Below are positions 1-11,034 of a DNA stretch of 64,000 bases, piece after piece. The translations under genes were made by a program, and so were the position numbers. Under the pieces are notes generated by a model. The model was not told the origin of the DNA. It ran no database searches and saw only the letters and a list, made by a program, of their open reading frames with translations. Every line of letters begins with the position of its first letter. Within the stretch, counting starts at the first letter, position 1. The DNA comes from Faecousia sp. (GTDB lineage Bacteria; Bacillota; Clostridia; Oscillospirales; Oscillospiraceae): the NCBI GenBank assembly GCA_045576415.1, contig JAZNGJ010000139.1, forward strand, positions 50,007 to 114,006. Direction: 5' to 3'.

Positions 1-679
1 CATGGTAGACAACACCCGGACCGGAAACACCCACATTCAGAACACACTCCGGTTCACCCACACCATGGAAAGCACCGGCCATAAAGGGGTTATCCTCAAC
101 TGCATTGGCAAAAACAACCAGCTTGGCGCAGCCAAGACCGTCGTTATCCGCCGTAATTTCGGCAGTTTTTTTTATGATCCTGCCCATTTCCGCAACTGCA
201 TCCATATTGATTCCGGCTTTGGTAGAACCGACATTGACGCTGGCGCAGACACGCTCGGTGCAGCGCATGGCTTCCGGAATGGAGCGGATCAGCTTCCAAT
301 CCCCTTCCGTACAGCCCTTCTGCACAAGGGCAGAAAAGCCGCCGATGAAGTTCACACCGCACTGCTTTGCCGCCGCATCCAGTGTCTTTGCGATTTCCAC
401 ATAGGAATCCGCCTGACAGGAGCCGGCAACCAACGCGATCGGGGTAACGGAGATTCGCTTATTGACGATCGGAATACCGAATTCCTTTTCAATTTCTTCG
501 CCCACTTTAACCAGATCCTTGGCACAGCGGGTGATCTTATTGTAGATCTTCTCGCAGCATTTCTGAATATCTGTATCGCAGCAGTCCAGCAGGCTGATTC
601 CCATGGTAATGGTGCGGATATCCAGATGGCGCTTATCGATCATATCCAGGGTCTGCAAAATATCCTTCTGATTCAGCAT
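1..679 (-). CDS. PFL-like/DUF711 (UPF0210) family protein, truncated at window start
   Basis: Manual translation from ATG at 679 (RBS GAGGTGA) gives [33 protein letters not shown], a typical DUF711 N-terminus; follows the ACT gene as is usual for this pair. Confidence 0.85.
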   Translation of the reverse strand, partial: MLNQKDILQTLDMIDKRHLDIRTITMGISLLDCCDTDIQKCCEKIYNKITRCAKDLVKVGEEIEKEFGIPIVNKRISVTPIALVAGSCQADSYVEIAKTLDAAAKQCGVNFIGGFSALVQKGCTEGDWKLIRSIPEAMRCTERVCASVNVGSTKAGINMDAVAEMGRIIKKTAEITADNDGLGCAKLVVFANAVEDNPFMAGAFHGVGEPECVLNVGVSGPGVVYH

Positions 680-688
680 TCGCTCACC

Positions 689-958
689 TCAGATCCGATG
701 CATGGCTTCAAAGATATCCTCCCGCTGCACGCGGACAGACAACCCTTTTTCCTTGCCCATTTCTTCCATAGAGCCGCACAGTTCTGCCAGAGGGACAGAG
801 CATTCGGTCACATCCACGACCATCATCATGGTAAAATAGCCCTGCATGACTGTTTGACTGATATCCAGAACATTGACATTGTAGTCCGCAAGCTTAATGC
901 ACACGGCGGCAATAATGCCCACCTGGTCCTTACCGACGACCGTTACGATGGCTTTCAT
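689..958 (-). CDS. ACT domain protein (UPF0237)
   Basis: MKAIVTVVGKDQVGIIA...QREDIFEAMHRI. Confidence 0.9.
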   Translation of the reverse strand: MKAIVTVVGKDQVGIIAAVCIKLADYNVNVLDISQTVMQGYFTMMMVVDVTECSVPLAELCGSMEEMGKEKGLSVRVQREDIFEAMHRI

Positions 959-968
959 TTATCTCACC

Positions 969-1250
969 TCAAAAATCGTAGTCCGCCGCAACGCGGGTGT
1001 CAAGGAAATGCCAGAAATGGTCCTTTGCAGCCAGATGGGCAGGATGATTTGCGTAGGCGGCCAGTGCATCCCGGCTCTCAAACTGGGAATACAGAGCATA
1101 GTCCATGCCCTGATAAGCCTGCCGGATCTCCATGTGGGTCAGTCCCGGAATTACGCCGACCAGCGGCTCCAGCTGATCCGCAATGATCTTAACGGCTTCT
1201 TCCTTATTCACGCCTTCCTTAAGTGTGTAAAGAACGATATGCTTAACCAT
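969..1250 (-). CDS. Dabb (stress-responsive A/B barrel) protein
   Basis: MVKHIVL...YANHPAH...DYDF; RBS GAGGAGG before ATG 1250. Confidence 0.85.
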   Translation of the reverse strand: MVKHIVLYTLKEGVNKEEAVKIIADQLEPLVGVIPGLTHMEIRQAYQGMDYALYSQFESRDALAAYANHPAHLAAKDHFWHFLDTRVAADYDF

Positions 1251-1276
1251 AATTATCCTCCTCTTACAGTACGCAA

Positions 1277-1308
1277 ATACCGGGACCGGCAATTGTCGGT
1301 CCCGGTAT
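1277..1308 (-). terminator. Hairpin terminator after ispH-rpsA
   Basis: ATACCGGGACCGGC-AATT-GTCGGTCCCGGTAT inverted repeat. Confidence 0.7.
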
Positions 1309-1318
1309 GTAGCGTCAA

Positions 1319-3286
1319 TTATTCAGCCTCAGTCTCGGCAGCTTCTTCCTCTGCTTCTTCAGCAGCGGGCTCCAGCAGAGCACGAATGGACAGGGAGATG
1401 CGCTTGTTCTCAGCGTCCACATCGGTGATCTTGACCTGAACTTCCTGGCCCTCAGCCAGTACATCCTCGGGCTTGCCGATGCGCTTGTCAGCGATCTGAG
1501 AAATGTGGATCAGGCCGTCAACGCCGGGCAGGATCTCAGCAAATGCGCCAAAGGTCATCAGCTTGACGATCCTGGCATCCACCACATCGCCGATGCTGTA
1601 CTTGGTCATGAACTGGTTCCAGGGGTTCATCTCAGCGGTCTTGTAGCCCAGAGAGATCTTCTTCTTTTCAGCGTCGAAGGAGATGACGAACACATCGATC
1701 TCGTCGCCGACCTTAACAACATCAGCAGGAGTCTTGATACGGTTCCAGCTCAGCTCGGAAACATGGACCATGCCGTCCACGCCGCCGATGTCCACGAATG
1801 CGCCGTAGGAAGTCAGAGACTTGACGGTGCCGTGGTACTTCTTGCCCTCTTCGATCTCGGCCCAGATCTTCTCCTGGTTGGCCTTGCGCTCTTCGGAAGC
1901 AACAGCGCGGATGGAGCCGATCACACGGCGGCGTGCGCGGTTGACCTCAGTAACCTTCAGCTTAACGGTCTTGCCGACCTGGCCTGCCATATCGCCGCCC
2001 TTGGCGACACCGGACTGGGAAGCGGGAATGAACACGCGGATGCCCTTAACGGTAGCGACCAGGCCACCCTTGTTCTCCTCGGTGATAACACCTTCGACAG
2101 TGGTCTTGTCCTCAACATAGGCAGCCATATCGTCCCAGATCTTCATGCCGTCCAGCTTCTTCTTGCTCAGCTGCACAGTGCCTTCCTGATCGTTGACGCG
2201 AACAACAAACACCTCGATCTCGTCGCCAACCTTCAGAATGTCCTCAGGCTTCACAGAAGGATCAGCGCTGACTTCGTCATAGGGAATGTAACCAGCGTGC
2301 TTGGTGCCCAGATCCACCTGGACTTCGGTGTTGCCGATTCCGGTAACGATGCCGATGACCTTATCTCCTGTATTTAAAGTCTTGATGGACTGCTCGAGGA
2401 GTTCCTCAAAGTTTTCCTCCTGCACAGCCTCAACATTAGTAATTTCGCTCATAGTCTTGTTGACCTCCTTTATTATCCACGCCGGCGTAGATGCGCCAGC
2501 CGTGATTCCAACATTGTGAACACCGCAGAAAAAATCCGGTTCCAGCTCGGACGCATTGTCCACCAGAACCACCTTGTCACAGTGTTCGCGGCAGATGGTA
2601 GCAAGCCTTCCGGTATTGGAGCTTTTGGCATCTCCAACCACCACCATAGCTTCACACGCAGCGCTCAGCTGGGCCGCCTCTGTCTGCCGAAATTCCGTTG
2701 CTCTGCATATTGTATCAAATATTTTCAAGTTAGTAAACTGTTTTTTTGCAAAATTAACGCTTTTTTTCCATGAGATTTCCGTAGATGTGGTCTGCGACAC
2801 CATGCAAACCGGCAGATCCGACGGAATATTCTCATTTTCGACCCATGAACGCAGTTCCTCAGCATTCTCAAAGATCCGGCAATCGCTGCACCAGCCTGCG
2901 ATGCCCTCTACTTCGGGATGGGAGCGGGTGCCCATAATGATCGGCAGTCTCCCTTCTTTTTCCGCCCGTTCCACGATTCCGTGGATCCGTTTGACAAAGG
3001 GGCAGGTGGCATCGATCACCGTTACACCCCGGTTCTCCAGCGCTTCACACACAGCCCGTGTTACGCCGTGGGAGCGAATGATCACCGTCATTCCTGGTTC
3101 TGCTTCCTCCGGCGACGCGATCACCTGCACGCCCATTCCGTCAAACTTACTGACCACATGGCGGTTGTGAATGATTGGCCCCAGCGTAACGACCCGGCCA
3201 CCGACAGCCGCTGCCTTTTCAACCGTTTCCACCGCGCGGTTGACACCGAAGCAAAATCCGGCACTTTTCGCAACTGTTACACTCAT
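1319..3286 (-). CDS. ispH: Bifunctional IspH (HMBPP reductase) / ribosomal protein S1
   Basis: AGFCFGV, DATCPFV, TICRAT and GITAGASTP motifs followed by four S1 repeats. Confidence 0.95.
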   Translation of the reverse strand: MSVTVAKSAGFCFGVNRAVETVEKAAAVGGRVVTLGPIIHNRHVVSKFDGMGVQVIASPEEAEPGMTVIIRSHGVTRAVCEALENRGVTVIDATCPFVKRIHGIVERAEKEGRLPIIMGTRSHPEVEGIAGWCSDCRIFENAEELRSWVENENIPSDLPVCMVSQTTSTEISWKKSVNFAKKQFTNLKIFDTICRATEFRQTEAAQLSAACEAMVVVGDAKSSNTGRLATICREHCDKVVLVDNASELEPDFFCGVHNVGITAGASTPAWIIKEVNKTMSEITNVEAVQEENFEELLEQSIKTLNTGDKVIGIVTGIGNTEVQVDLGTKHAGYIPYDEVSADPSVKPEDILKVGDEIEVFVVRVNDQEGTVQLSKKKLDGMKIWDDMAAYVEDKTTVEGVITEENKGGLVATVKGIRVFIPASQSGVAKGGDMAGQVGKTVKLKVTEVNRARRRVIGSIRAVASEERKANQEKIWAEIEEGKKYHGTVKSLTSYGAFVDIGGVDGMVHVSELSWNRIKTPADVVKVGDEIDVFVISFDAEKKKISLGYKTAEMNPWNQFMTKYSIGDVVDARIVKLMTFGAFAEILPGVDGLIHISQIADKRIGKPEDVLAEGQEVQVKITDVDAENKRISLSIRALLEPAAEEAEEEAAETEAE

Positions 3287-3963
3287 ACAGGTATCTTCTC
3301 CGCCACAATATTACGAATGGTCTGCACGACGGCCTCAATGTCCATGTCCGATGTATCCACCTTAATGGAATCCTTTGCCATCTTCAGCGGCGCGATCTCC
3401 CTGTGGGTATCCTGATAATCCCGCTGCTGGATCTCCTTGAGGATCGTATCGTAATCCGCCTTCTGACCCTTGGCAAGCAGTTCGTCGGTACGGCGCTTGG
3501 CGCGGACTTCCGCAGACGCTGTCAAGAAGATCTTCACATTGGCTTTAGGGAGCACCACGGTACCGATATCCCGTCCGTCCATGATCACGTTGTATTCCTT
3601 GGCAACATCCCGCTGCATATCCAGCAGCACCTCACGGACAACAGCATGGGCAGAAACCAGGCTTGCCTTCTGGGAGATATCCTGTGTGCGGATCTCACCG
3701 GTCACATCCATGCCGTTCATGATCATATGCTGCAGGCCATCTTCATCATACGCAATGCCGATGGTCAGCTCGTCAATATAGCGCTGAACGCCATCTACAT
3801 CCTTGGGACTGACGCCCCACAGATCCAGAAAATAGGCAACGGTGCGGTAAATGGCACCGGTATCCACATATTTATAGCCCAGTTCCTTTGCCAGACGCTT
3901 GGCAATGGTACTCTTGCCTGCGCCGGCAGGGCCGTCAATTGCGATAGAATAGGTCTTAGCCAT
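3283..3963 (-). CDS. cmk: Cytidylate kinase
   Basis: IAIDGPAGAGKST, DTGAIYR, MDGRDIGTVV. Confidence 0.95.
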   Translation of the reverse strand: MAKTYSIAIDGPAGAGKSTIAKRLAKELGYKYVDTGAIYRTVAYFLDLWGVSPKDVDGVQRYIDELTIGIAYDEDGLQHMIMNGMDVTGEIRTQDISQKASLVSAHAVVREVLLDMQRDVAKEYNVIMDGRDIGTVVLPKANVKIFLTASAEVRAKRRTDELLAKGQKADYDTILKEIQQRDYQDTHREIAPLKMAKDSIKVDTSDMDIEAVVQTIRNIVAEKIPV

Positions 3964-3979
3964 AACAATCCTTCTTTCT

Positions 3980-5014
3980 TTAACCATTTGTGCGGAGCAG
4001 CGCCAGCGCGGCAGCCTCTTTTGCCACAACTTCCTCCGGTGTCAGCCCCAACCGTTTACCCGTATCCTCCGGCGACAGGGGAAGACCGCCTTCCAAACCG
4101 AACCGCAGCGTCAGCAGCTTGACATCAGTTTCCGAAAGCGACGACAGAAGCTCCTGAATCCTCTGGCGCATCTGGAAATACGCAGTATCTTCAACAGCCT
4201 GCTCGTCTTCTGCTGTTTTTTCTTCCGGTACAGCCTTCGCTCTTTCCAGCATTCTGGCAGCTTCCATGGTTTCCGCGACAGACACCGCTTCTTCCACTGT
4301 CATGTGCAGCTCCAGTGCGATCTCTTCCAGAGTAGGGTTTCTCCCCAACTCTGTCAGCAGCCGCTCATCAACCGCCCGGTAATCCTCCAGTGCCTGCCGC
4401 AGCTTTTGGCCGATTCCGTTGGCTCTTGCCTGCAGCACCACCGCCTTCGCCATAACGATTCGGATCCTGCGCCGGCACCACAGTTCAAACTCACCGCCGC
4501 TGTATTCCAAAATTGCCTGCCATAGGCCAAGACCGGCCTCCTGGATCAGATCCATCAGCAGGACGCCCCGCCCAGTGTGTTCATACGCCAATCCGATCAC
4601 GCTGCTCAGCATCAGATTGGTAAGCATAGGCAGAACCTTTTCGTTCCCGCTCAGATACTCTTCCGCAAGCAGCTGCGGATCGCCGCAGACCGGAATGGCT
4701 GCAACCTCCTCAAGATACAGTCGCAGAGGGTCGTTCTCTTCCAATCCCTCCGGCAGCCGATTTTCCCGAACAAGCTGCGCCTCTCTGCGCAGCCGCAGCG
4801 CGGTTTCACCCGTGCCATAGGAAGCGGGCAATTCCCCGATCTCCAGAAGAACATCCCGTTCTTCCAGCAGCTGCAGCGCTTCCTCGACTGTCTCCTCCGG
4901 TTCCGATTCCATCAAAGCCAGAAATCGGGCTGCAGAAAAAGTGCCGCCGAAAGGCAGGTCCCTCAGAACCGTCTCCCACGGCGATATTTCAAAGGAAAAA
5001 TCCCATTGATTCAT
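3980..5014 (-). CDS. Degenerate RpoD-like sigma70 protein (1.1-like, 1.2, 2, 3, 4 regions; DNA-recognition residues eroded)
   Basis: [10 protein letters not shown] (1.2), [10 protein letters not shown] (2.2), [11 protein letters not shown] (3), LRFGL (4.1); lacks the FSTYATWWIRQ and RERxRQIE signatures. Confidence 0.8.
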   Translation of the reverse strand: MNQWDFSFEISPWETVLRDLPFGGTFSAARFLALMESEPEETVEEALQLLEERDVLLEIGELPASYGTGETALRLRREAQLVRENRLPEGLEENDPLRLYLEEVAAIPVCGDPQLLAEEYLSGNEKVLPMLTNLMLSSVIGLAYEHTGRGVLLMDLIQEAGLGLWQAILEYSGGEFELWCRRRIRIVMAKAVVLQARANGIGQKLRQALEDYRAVDERLLTELGRNPTLEEIALELHMTVEEAVSVAETMEAARMLERAKAVPEEKTAEDEQAVEDTAYFQMRQRIQELLSSLSETDVKLLTLRFGLEGGLPLSPEDTGKRLGLTPEEVVAKEAAALALLRTNG

Positions 5015-5877
5015 TCCAAAAAATCCTCCAATCCTATGCCGGCACCCTGCTGCTGCAGCTTATCCATGGCCTGCTTCTCGATCTGACGAACCCGCTCCTT
5101 GGAAATTCCCAGAACCGTCCCGATCTCCTCAAGGGAACGGCAGACACCGTCCTCCATGCCAAAATGCAGCCGCAATATCTGCTGCTGACGGTCTGTCAGC
5201 GTGGAAAGCAGCGATTCCATGGTCTTACTCAGTTCCTGCCGGACAAGCTCCTCATAGGGCTGCGGCGACTGCATGTCCTCCAGCAGCACTGCCAGCGTCA
5301 CATCTTCCTCCCCTGCAGGCGCGTCCAGAGAGCAAACCTCCGGATTCAGCTGCAGCAGCTGCTGCACCCGGCTTTCCGGGAGCTGGCAGGCCGATGCCAG
5401 TTCGGCAAGCGACGGCTCGACACCGTTCTTTTGCATAAGCGCGGCTCTCGCCTGGCTGACCTTTCGGATCCGCTCCGCCGTATGGGACGGAACACGGATC
5501 AGGCCATGGCTGGCAAGGCATCGGGAGATGCCCTGCCGGATCCACTTGGTCGCATATGTAGAAAAATGGAACTCCAGCGTATAATCAAACTTTTTCACCG
5601 CCGACAAAAGGCCAATGCTGCCTTCCTGGATCAGATCCAGCAGCGGAACCCCCCGTCCGGCGTATTCCCGGGCGACGGAGACTACCAGCCGCAGGTTGGA
5701 ATTGACCATCTGACGGATGGCTTCCTCGTCACCTTCGGCACAGCGCTGGGCAAGCTGACGCTCTTCCTGCACCGTCAGACGGGGATAGCGGCGGATCTCA
5801 TCCATGAACTGGCGCACATCATCCTCACCGGAGCCATGGGGCGCCGGTGTTCGCTTTGTAAGCAGTTCAGATGTCAT
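5011..5877 (-). CDS. RpoD/RpoS-like sigma70 factor lacking region 1.1
   Basis: [44 protein letters not shown]. Confidence 0.88.
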   Translation of the reverse strand: MTSELLTKRTPAPHGSGEDDVRQFMDEIRRYPRLTVQEERQLAQRCAEGDEEAIRQMVNSNLRLVVSVAREYAGRGVPLLDLIQEGSIGLLSAVKKFDYTLEFHFSTYATKWIRQGISRCLASHGLIRVPSHTAERIRKVSQARAALMQKNGVEPSLAELASACQLPESRVQQLLQLNPEVCSLDAPAGEEDVTLAVLLEDMQSPQPYEELVRQELSKTMESLLSTLTDRQQQILRLHFGMEDGVCRSLEEIGTVLGISKERVRQIEKQAMDKLQQQGAGIGLEDFLE

Positions 5878-7625
5878 CCTTTGATCCCTTTTCTTTCTTT
5901 CAGCTTGTTTTGATAGGCCAGCAGATCATCCTCCGAACTGACGGACGATGCCTGATGCTCTGCGCGGATAATGCGAATACAGTCAGCAAAAGCCTGCTCG
6001 CTGGCGGGCCCCTGCTGCCGCTGTATGATTCCCGTAATGTGGGACATTTCCTCCTGCGTCAGATCCTCCAGCACCGCAACGGACACTTCCATTCCCCGGT
6101 CATGCCGCTTCTTCAGCTGGGCATACACCCGTCCCAGAAGGCTGGATGAGAAGGCCGCCTCTGTCAGTTCCCGGCTCTGGTCCAGAAGCGCAGGATCCTG
6201 AAGGATCAGCGCAATGACAGCTTCCTCGGCCATGGCAGATTTCATATTATCGTAGCGAATGCTGCGGCTTTTGGGCTGCAGGGCGGCAGCAGGCGCAAGG
6301 TCGATCTTCTCCTGCTGTTTCTTCTGCTGATGCTGCCGGCGTTTCAATGCCCGCTCGATCTCATGCTTCATGGCGTCAACACTCACCTTGGCAGCTTCCG
6401 CCACCCGGTTTCCATAGACTTCCCGCTGAACGGCGCTGCCCAGTGTACAGATCAGATCCGCGGATTCCTGCAAATATCGGACTTTTTGCTCATCCTCCCG
6501 AATGTCATACTTCTGGCGGATGGCATTCAGCTGATACTCCACGCGGTTAGAGGAGCCCTCCAGCAAGATCTTAAACTTGTCCGCGCCGAATTTCTTCAAA
6601 AATTCGTCCGGATCCTTGGCATCCTTGATCTGCAGTACTTTCACCTGCAGTCCCGCCTTTTCCAAAATGGGGATCGCCCGCTTGGTAGCGTTCTGACCGG
6701 CATTGTCGCCGTCATAGATCAGCACTACCTGCTCTGCATAGCGGGTCATCAGCGCAGCCTGCTCCTCTGTAAGGCTGGTGCCAAGGGATGCAATGGCATT
6801 ATCAAAGCCATACTGATGCAGCGCCACCACATCGATATTACCCTCCACCAGGATCAAATAACCCTGCTTGCTCTTTTTTGCAAGGTTCAGACCAAAAAGG
6901 TTCTTGCGCTTGTTAAAAATGATTGTCTCCGGAGAGTTCAAATATTTGGCCGCATTATCATCTTTTTTAATGATCCGGCCACCAAAACCGATGACATTTC
7001 CGCGGACATCGATGATAGGGAACATCAGCCGGTCCCGGAAGCGGTCTAACAGGCCGCCTGTTTTCTGAGACACTGTCACCAAGCCGGATTCTTTCAGTTC
7101 TTCCTCTGTATAACCCTTGGCTCGCATGGCTTTGATCATGGAATCCCAACTGTCCGGCGCATAGCCGACACCAAAGGTCGTAAGGATGGATTTGGACATT
7201 CCTCTGCCCAGTGCATATTCCAGTGCCGCCTTGCCAACCGGTGCGTACAGCTGACTGTGGAAGAATCGGGCAGCTTCCTTATGCAGTGCCCACAGCCGCT
7301 CCTGCAGGCGGTAACGGGACTGATACTGCTCATCCTCCGGCACTTCCATACCGGCACGCTTGGCCAGGGCCCGAACAGCATCGGGATAGCTCAAGCCCTC
7401 CACTTCCATCTGGAAATTGATGACACCGCCGCCCTTGTGGCAGCCAAAGCAGTAATAGATCCCCTTGTCGGGCGCTACCGAAAAGGATGCCGTCTTCTCA
7501 CCATGGAAAGGACACAGGCCAAACAGATTGGCACCGCTACGCCGCAAATTTACATACTGCCCCACTACATCTTCAATGGAGTTGCGCTGAACCAATTCAT
7601 CAATAAAAGATTCGGGAAATGCCAC
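5874..7625 (-). CDS. dnaG: DNA primase
   Basis: CPFHxEKT...CFGC zinc finger, [14 protein letters not shown] EGxxD/DxD. Confidence 0.97.
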   Translation of the reverse strand: MAFPESFIDELVQRNSIEDVVGQYVNLRRSGANLFGLCPFHGEKTASFSVAPDKGIYYCFGCHKGGGVINFQMEVEGLSYPDAVRALAKRAGMEVPEDEQYQSRYRLQERLWALHKEAARFFHSQLYAPVGKAALEYALGRGMSKSILTTFGVGYAPDSWDSMIKAMRAKGYTEEELKESGLVTVSQKTGGLLDRFRDRLMFPIIDVRGNVIGFGGRIIKKDDNAAKYLNSPETIIFNKRKNLFGLNLAKKSKQGYLILVEGNIDVVALHQYGFDNAIASLGTSLTEEQAALMTRYAEQVVLIYDGDNAGQNATKRAIPILEKAGLQVKVLQIKDAKDPDEFLKKFGADKFKILLEGSSNRVEYQLNAIRQKYDIREDEQKVRYLQESADLICTLGSAVQREVYGNRVAEAAKVSVDAMKHEIERALKRRQHQQKKQQEKIDLAPAAALQPKSRSIRYDNMKSAMAEEAVIALILQDPALLDQSRELTEAAFSSSLLGRVYAQLKKRHDRGMEVSVAVLEDLTQEEMSHITGIIQRQQGPASEQAFADCIRIIRAEHQASSVSSEDDLLAYQNKLKERKGIKG

Positions 7626-7664
7626 AGTCTGTCCCTCCTTTCCGAATTTTTATATTATATCATA

Positions 7665-8678
7665 TTATCCCCGGATTTGCCAACCGGCAGGAATAAAAAT
7701 CTCCGTATATTTATCAACCGCATAGTTATCCGTCATGCCGGCTATATAGTCGCAGACGGTACGCTCCATGCCGTCAAAGCTCAGCTGGGGCTGAAAATCC
7801 TCCGGCAGTGCTTCGGGATGGGTAATGTAATATTCATACAGGCGTGTCAGCATCTCCTGCGCCTTCGTTTCTTCTCCCTTGGCAACCGGATTGCGGTAGA
7901 CCCGCTCAAACATGAACGAGCGCAATTCCTTCAGCGCCTGTTCCACCGGGTCAGACAGGCAGAATTTACCTGCCTCCCGGGATGTACGGATCGCATCGCA
8001 TACCAGCGTATCGATCCGCTGGCTGTGGTTATTCCCTAACACATCGGAGATCGCTTTCGGAATATCATCGTTAGACAAGATGCCTGCACGCACCGCATCG
8101 TCAATATCGTGATTGACATAGGCGATCTGATCGCTGCGGCGCACGACCTGGCCTTCCAGCGTTTCCGGGATATAGCTGCCTGTATGTCCTACGATTCCCA
8201 TACGGACTTCATAGGTCAGATTCAGTCCCGCGCCGTCATTTTCCAGCACATCCACCACGCGCAGGCTCTGCTCGTTGTGACGGAAAGGCTTTCCCAAACA
8301 GTTGGACAGCGCCACTTCACCTGCGTGGCCAAAGGGCGTATGTCCCAAATCGTGACCCAACGCGATGGCCTCGGTCAGATCTTCATTCAATGCCAGCGCC
8401 CGGGCAATGGTGCGGGCGATGCGGGAGACCTCAATGGTATGGGTCATACGGGTACGGTAGTGATCGCCCTCGGGGCTCAGAAACACCTGGGTCTTATGCA
8501 TCAAGCGGCGGAACGCTTTGGAATGGACGATCCGGTCCGTATCTCTTTGATAGCAAGTGCGCACATCCTCCGGGCGAGACTCCTGGGGTACAGGCCGGCC
8601 CTTGCTCTGATCGGCAAATGCCGCCAGCGGATTCAACCGCCGGTGCTCCAAATATTCCAATTCTTCCCGCACTGTCAT
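7665..8678 (-). CDS. dgt: dGTP triphosphohydrolase (HD family)
   Basis: FRRLMHKTQVF, HDLGHTPFGHAGE, DYIAGMTD. Confidence 0.92.
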   Translation of the reverse strand: MTVREELEYLEHRRLNPLAAFADQSKGRPVPQESRPEDVRTCYQRDTDRIVHSKAFRRLMHKTQVFLSPEGDHYRTRMTHTIEVSRIARTIARALALNEDLTEAIALGHDLGHTPFGHAGEVALSNCLGKPFRHNEQSLRVVDVLENDGAGLNLTYEVRMGIVGHTGSYIPETLEGQVVRRSDQIAYVNHDIDDAVRAGILSNDDIPKAISDVLGNNHSQRIDTLVCDAIRTSREAGKFCLSDPVEQALKELRSFMFERVYRNPVAKGEETKAQEMLTRLYEYYITHPEALPEDFQPQLSFDGMERTVCDYIAGMTDNYAVDKYTEIFIPAGWQIRG

Positions 8679-9322
8679 AGGATCAAACTCCCTTCTGATT
8701 CCACCGGAAACGCCCGGTATTCCTGTCCGGTTTCCATGCCCTCGATGGTAGCCGCACTCATATCCGTCAAGCGGTCCAGGAAAGGCTGTGCCTGAGCTTC
8801 CGGCATCAAGATCTCCAGCTCCACCTCGGAACCAAAATCCGTCTGCCGGATGATGCCGCCGAAAGCAGCCACCTCCAGCTTGACCCGCTCATAAAAGGAA
8901 TAGGGACACGGTACATACAATACCGTCCAGACCCGCTTCATAGACTTTCCTGCCGCATCCACAGCGATCTTCGCGCCCTTGGTATAGGCGCGGACAAGTC
9001 CCCCGGCTCCCAATAAAATGCCGCCAAAATACCGGGTGACCACACAAACGACATTATATAGTCCCTCCCGCTGCAGAACCTGCAGCATGGGCATTCCGGC
9101 AGTGCCGCCGGGTTCGCCGTCATCGGAAAAGCGCACCGCGCCGTCTTTAATGATGTACGCCCAGCAGTTGTGTGTCGCATCGTAATGCTGTTTTTTCATC
9201 TGCTGGATCATCTCAAGTGCCGCTTCCTCGGTCTCCACAGGCCAGATACGGCCAATAAAACGGGACTTTTTCTCTATAAATTCGTCTTCACCGTATTGGG
9301 TGGGAACCAGATATTCCTCCAC
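8675..9322 (-). CDS. YigZ/IMPACT family protein
   Basis: EKKSRF, ATHNCWAY, DDGEPGGTAG, RYFGGILLGAGGL. Confidence 0.92.
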   Translation of the reverse strand: MEEYLVPTQYGEDEFIEKKSRFIGRIWPVETEEAALEMIQQMKKQHYDATHNCWAYIIKDGAVRFSDDGEPGGTAGMPMLQVLQREGLYNVVCVVTRYFGGILLGAGGLVRAYTKGAKIAVDAAGKSMKRVWTVLYVPCPYSFYERVKLEVAAFGGIIRQTDFGSEVELEILMPEAQAQPFLDRLTDMSAATIEGMETGQEYRAFPVESEGSLIL

Positions 9323-9325
9323 GGG

Positions 9326-10591
9326 TCAGCACTCCTTCGTAATATATTCCTTCAGTCTGCCATACAAAATGGGATCAACGATTGTCTCCACGGCGATGCC
9401 ATCGGCTGTATACTCCACATTCAGAACCTGTGCCCCGGAGTGCAAAGTATCCACCATGCCGCCTTTGGAGTAAGGCAGCGTCACGATCACATGATGACGG
9501 CTGTGGCCCAGAGCCTTTTCAATGGCAGCAAGGAGCTGCTCCATTCCGGCACCGGTGGCTGCGGAAATGGTTACCACATCCTCCCCCACGGGAATATCAG
9601 TCTTGTCCACCAGATCTGCCTTATTGTAGCACTGCAGCACCGGGATCCCGGGCTTTGCAAGCTGAGCGATGAGCCTGTCCACGACCTCGATATGTTCCTG
9701 CCGGTTTTCGTCGGATGCATCGATCACATGCAGCAAAAGATCCGCATATTCCAGCTCCTCCAGCGTTGCCCGGAAGGCATCCACCAGATGGTGGGGAAGC
9801 TTTGCGATAAATCCAACGGTATCCGTCAGCACCACATCCAGATTGTCGGAAACTGTCAGCTGCCGGGATGTTGTATCCAGCGTATCGAAAAGACGGTTGT
9901 TCGCCGGGATCCCCGCGCCGGTCAGTTGATTCAAAAGCGTGGATTTTCCGGCATTGGTATAACCCACGATGGCCACCACAGGCACAGAATTCTTCATTCG
10001 CCGCTCCCGCTGGACGCCCCGGACCTGCCGCACCTGCTCAATTTCCGACTGCAGCCGGGCGATCCGCTCCCGGATGTGCCGCCGATCCGATTCCAGCTTC
10101 GTTTCGCCGGGTCCCCGCGTGCCGATGCCGCCGCCCTGCCGGGAAAGGCTGGCACCCATACCGGATAGCCGGGGCAAAAGATACTGGTACTGGGCAAGCT
10201 CCACCTGCAGCCTGCCCTCTTTGGTCTTGGCCCGCTGGGCAAAGATATCCAAAATCAGCGCGCTTCTGTCCAGAACGGTAACGCCGATGATATCTTCCAG
10301 CGCCCGGATATTTCCCGGGGAAAGTTCGTTATCAAAGACCACCATATTGGAATCGGTGGCCTCTACCAGCATGCGGACCTCCTGAGCCTTGCCCTCACCG
10401 ATAAAGCTATGGGGGTCGGGTGTGTGACGGTTCTGCAGGATCTTGCCGGTACAGAAGCCGCCTGCAGTCTCCAGAAGGGCTTCCAGCTCCTCCAGCGTCT
10501 CATCCGTTGCGGTTTGTTCTTTTTTAAAGCAGTCCGCGTTCAGTCCTACCAAGACCGCCCGCTCCTGCCGGGTTTCAAAATTGGATTCCAT
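9326..10591 (-). CDS. hflX: GTPase HflX
   Basis: GIGTRGPGETKLE, GYTNAGKST, DTVGF, NKAD. Confidence 0.96.
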   Translation of the reverse strand: MESNFETRQERAVLVGLNADCFKKEQTATDETLEELEALLETAGGFCTGKILQNRHTPDPHSFIGEGKAQEVRMLVEATDSNMVVFDNELSPGNIRALEDIIGVTVLDRSALILDIFAQRAKTKEGRLQVELAQYQYLLPRLSGMGASLSRQGGGIGTRGPGETKLESDRRHIRERIARLQSEIEQVRQVRGVQRERRMKNSVPVVAIVGYTNAGKSTLLNQLTGAGIPANNRLFDTLDTTSRQLTVSDNLDVVLTDTVGFIAKLPHHLVDAFRATLEELEYADLLLHVIDASDENRQEHIEVVDRLIAQLAKPGIPVLQCYNKADLVDKTDIPVGEDVVTISAATGAGMEQLLAAIEKALGHSRHHVIVTLPYSKGGMVDTLHSGAQVLNVEYTADGIAVETIVDPILYGRLKEYITKEC

Positions 10592-10668
10592 AGCTCCTCC
10601 GTATCATGCATTTTATTGATTATACCATATCATACGCAGTACGGACAATCCTTACGACAAAAATATAC

Positions 10669-10703
10669 AAAAAGTCCGCACCACGGTAACGCAGTGCGGA
10701 CTT
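10669..10703 (-). terminator. Intrinsic terminator of rpmE
   Basis: AAGTCCGCAC...GTGCGGACTT followed by a T-run on the minus strand. Confidence 0.75.
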
Positions 10704-10708
10704 CGCTC

Positions 10709-10909
10709 TTACTTCAGGCCGAAACGCTTGTTGAAACGATCAACACGTCCACCGGTGTCAACCAGCTTCTGCTTGCCGGTATAGAAAGGGTGGCACTTGG
10801 AGCAGATTTCAACGCGGATGTCCTTCTTGGTGGAGCCGGTCGTAAAGACGTTGCCACAGGCACAGCGAATGGTAGTCTGTTCGTAATTGGGATGGATACC
10901 TTCCTTCAT
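10709..10909 (-). CDS. rpmE: 50S ribosomal protein L31 (Zn-binding type)
   Basis: [12 protein letters not shown]...[16 protein letters not shown]. Confidence 0.97.
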   Translation of the reverse strand: MKEGIHPNYEQTTIRCACGNVFTTGSTKKDIRVEICSKCHPFYTGKQKLVDTGGRVDRFNKRFGLK

Positions 10910-11034
10910 GTTGTTCACCTCTTTCTTATCATGTAAAAGGGCATAATTGCCCTAAGCAATCTTCAATCGCCCGGATATCATAACACATCTGTCAGCGAAA
11001 TGCAAGTGTTTTTTTCGTTTTTTTCGGTTTTTTA

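Noticed and set aside
2-1186. 394-aa plus-strand ORF and other long antisense ORFs (e.g. 13548-14768, 30775-32265, 52821-54176)
   Set aside because: Shadow frames opposite well-supported genes; no motifs or RBS
1319-3286. IspH-S1 fusion as a novelty
   Set aside because: Well known in Clostridia
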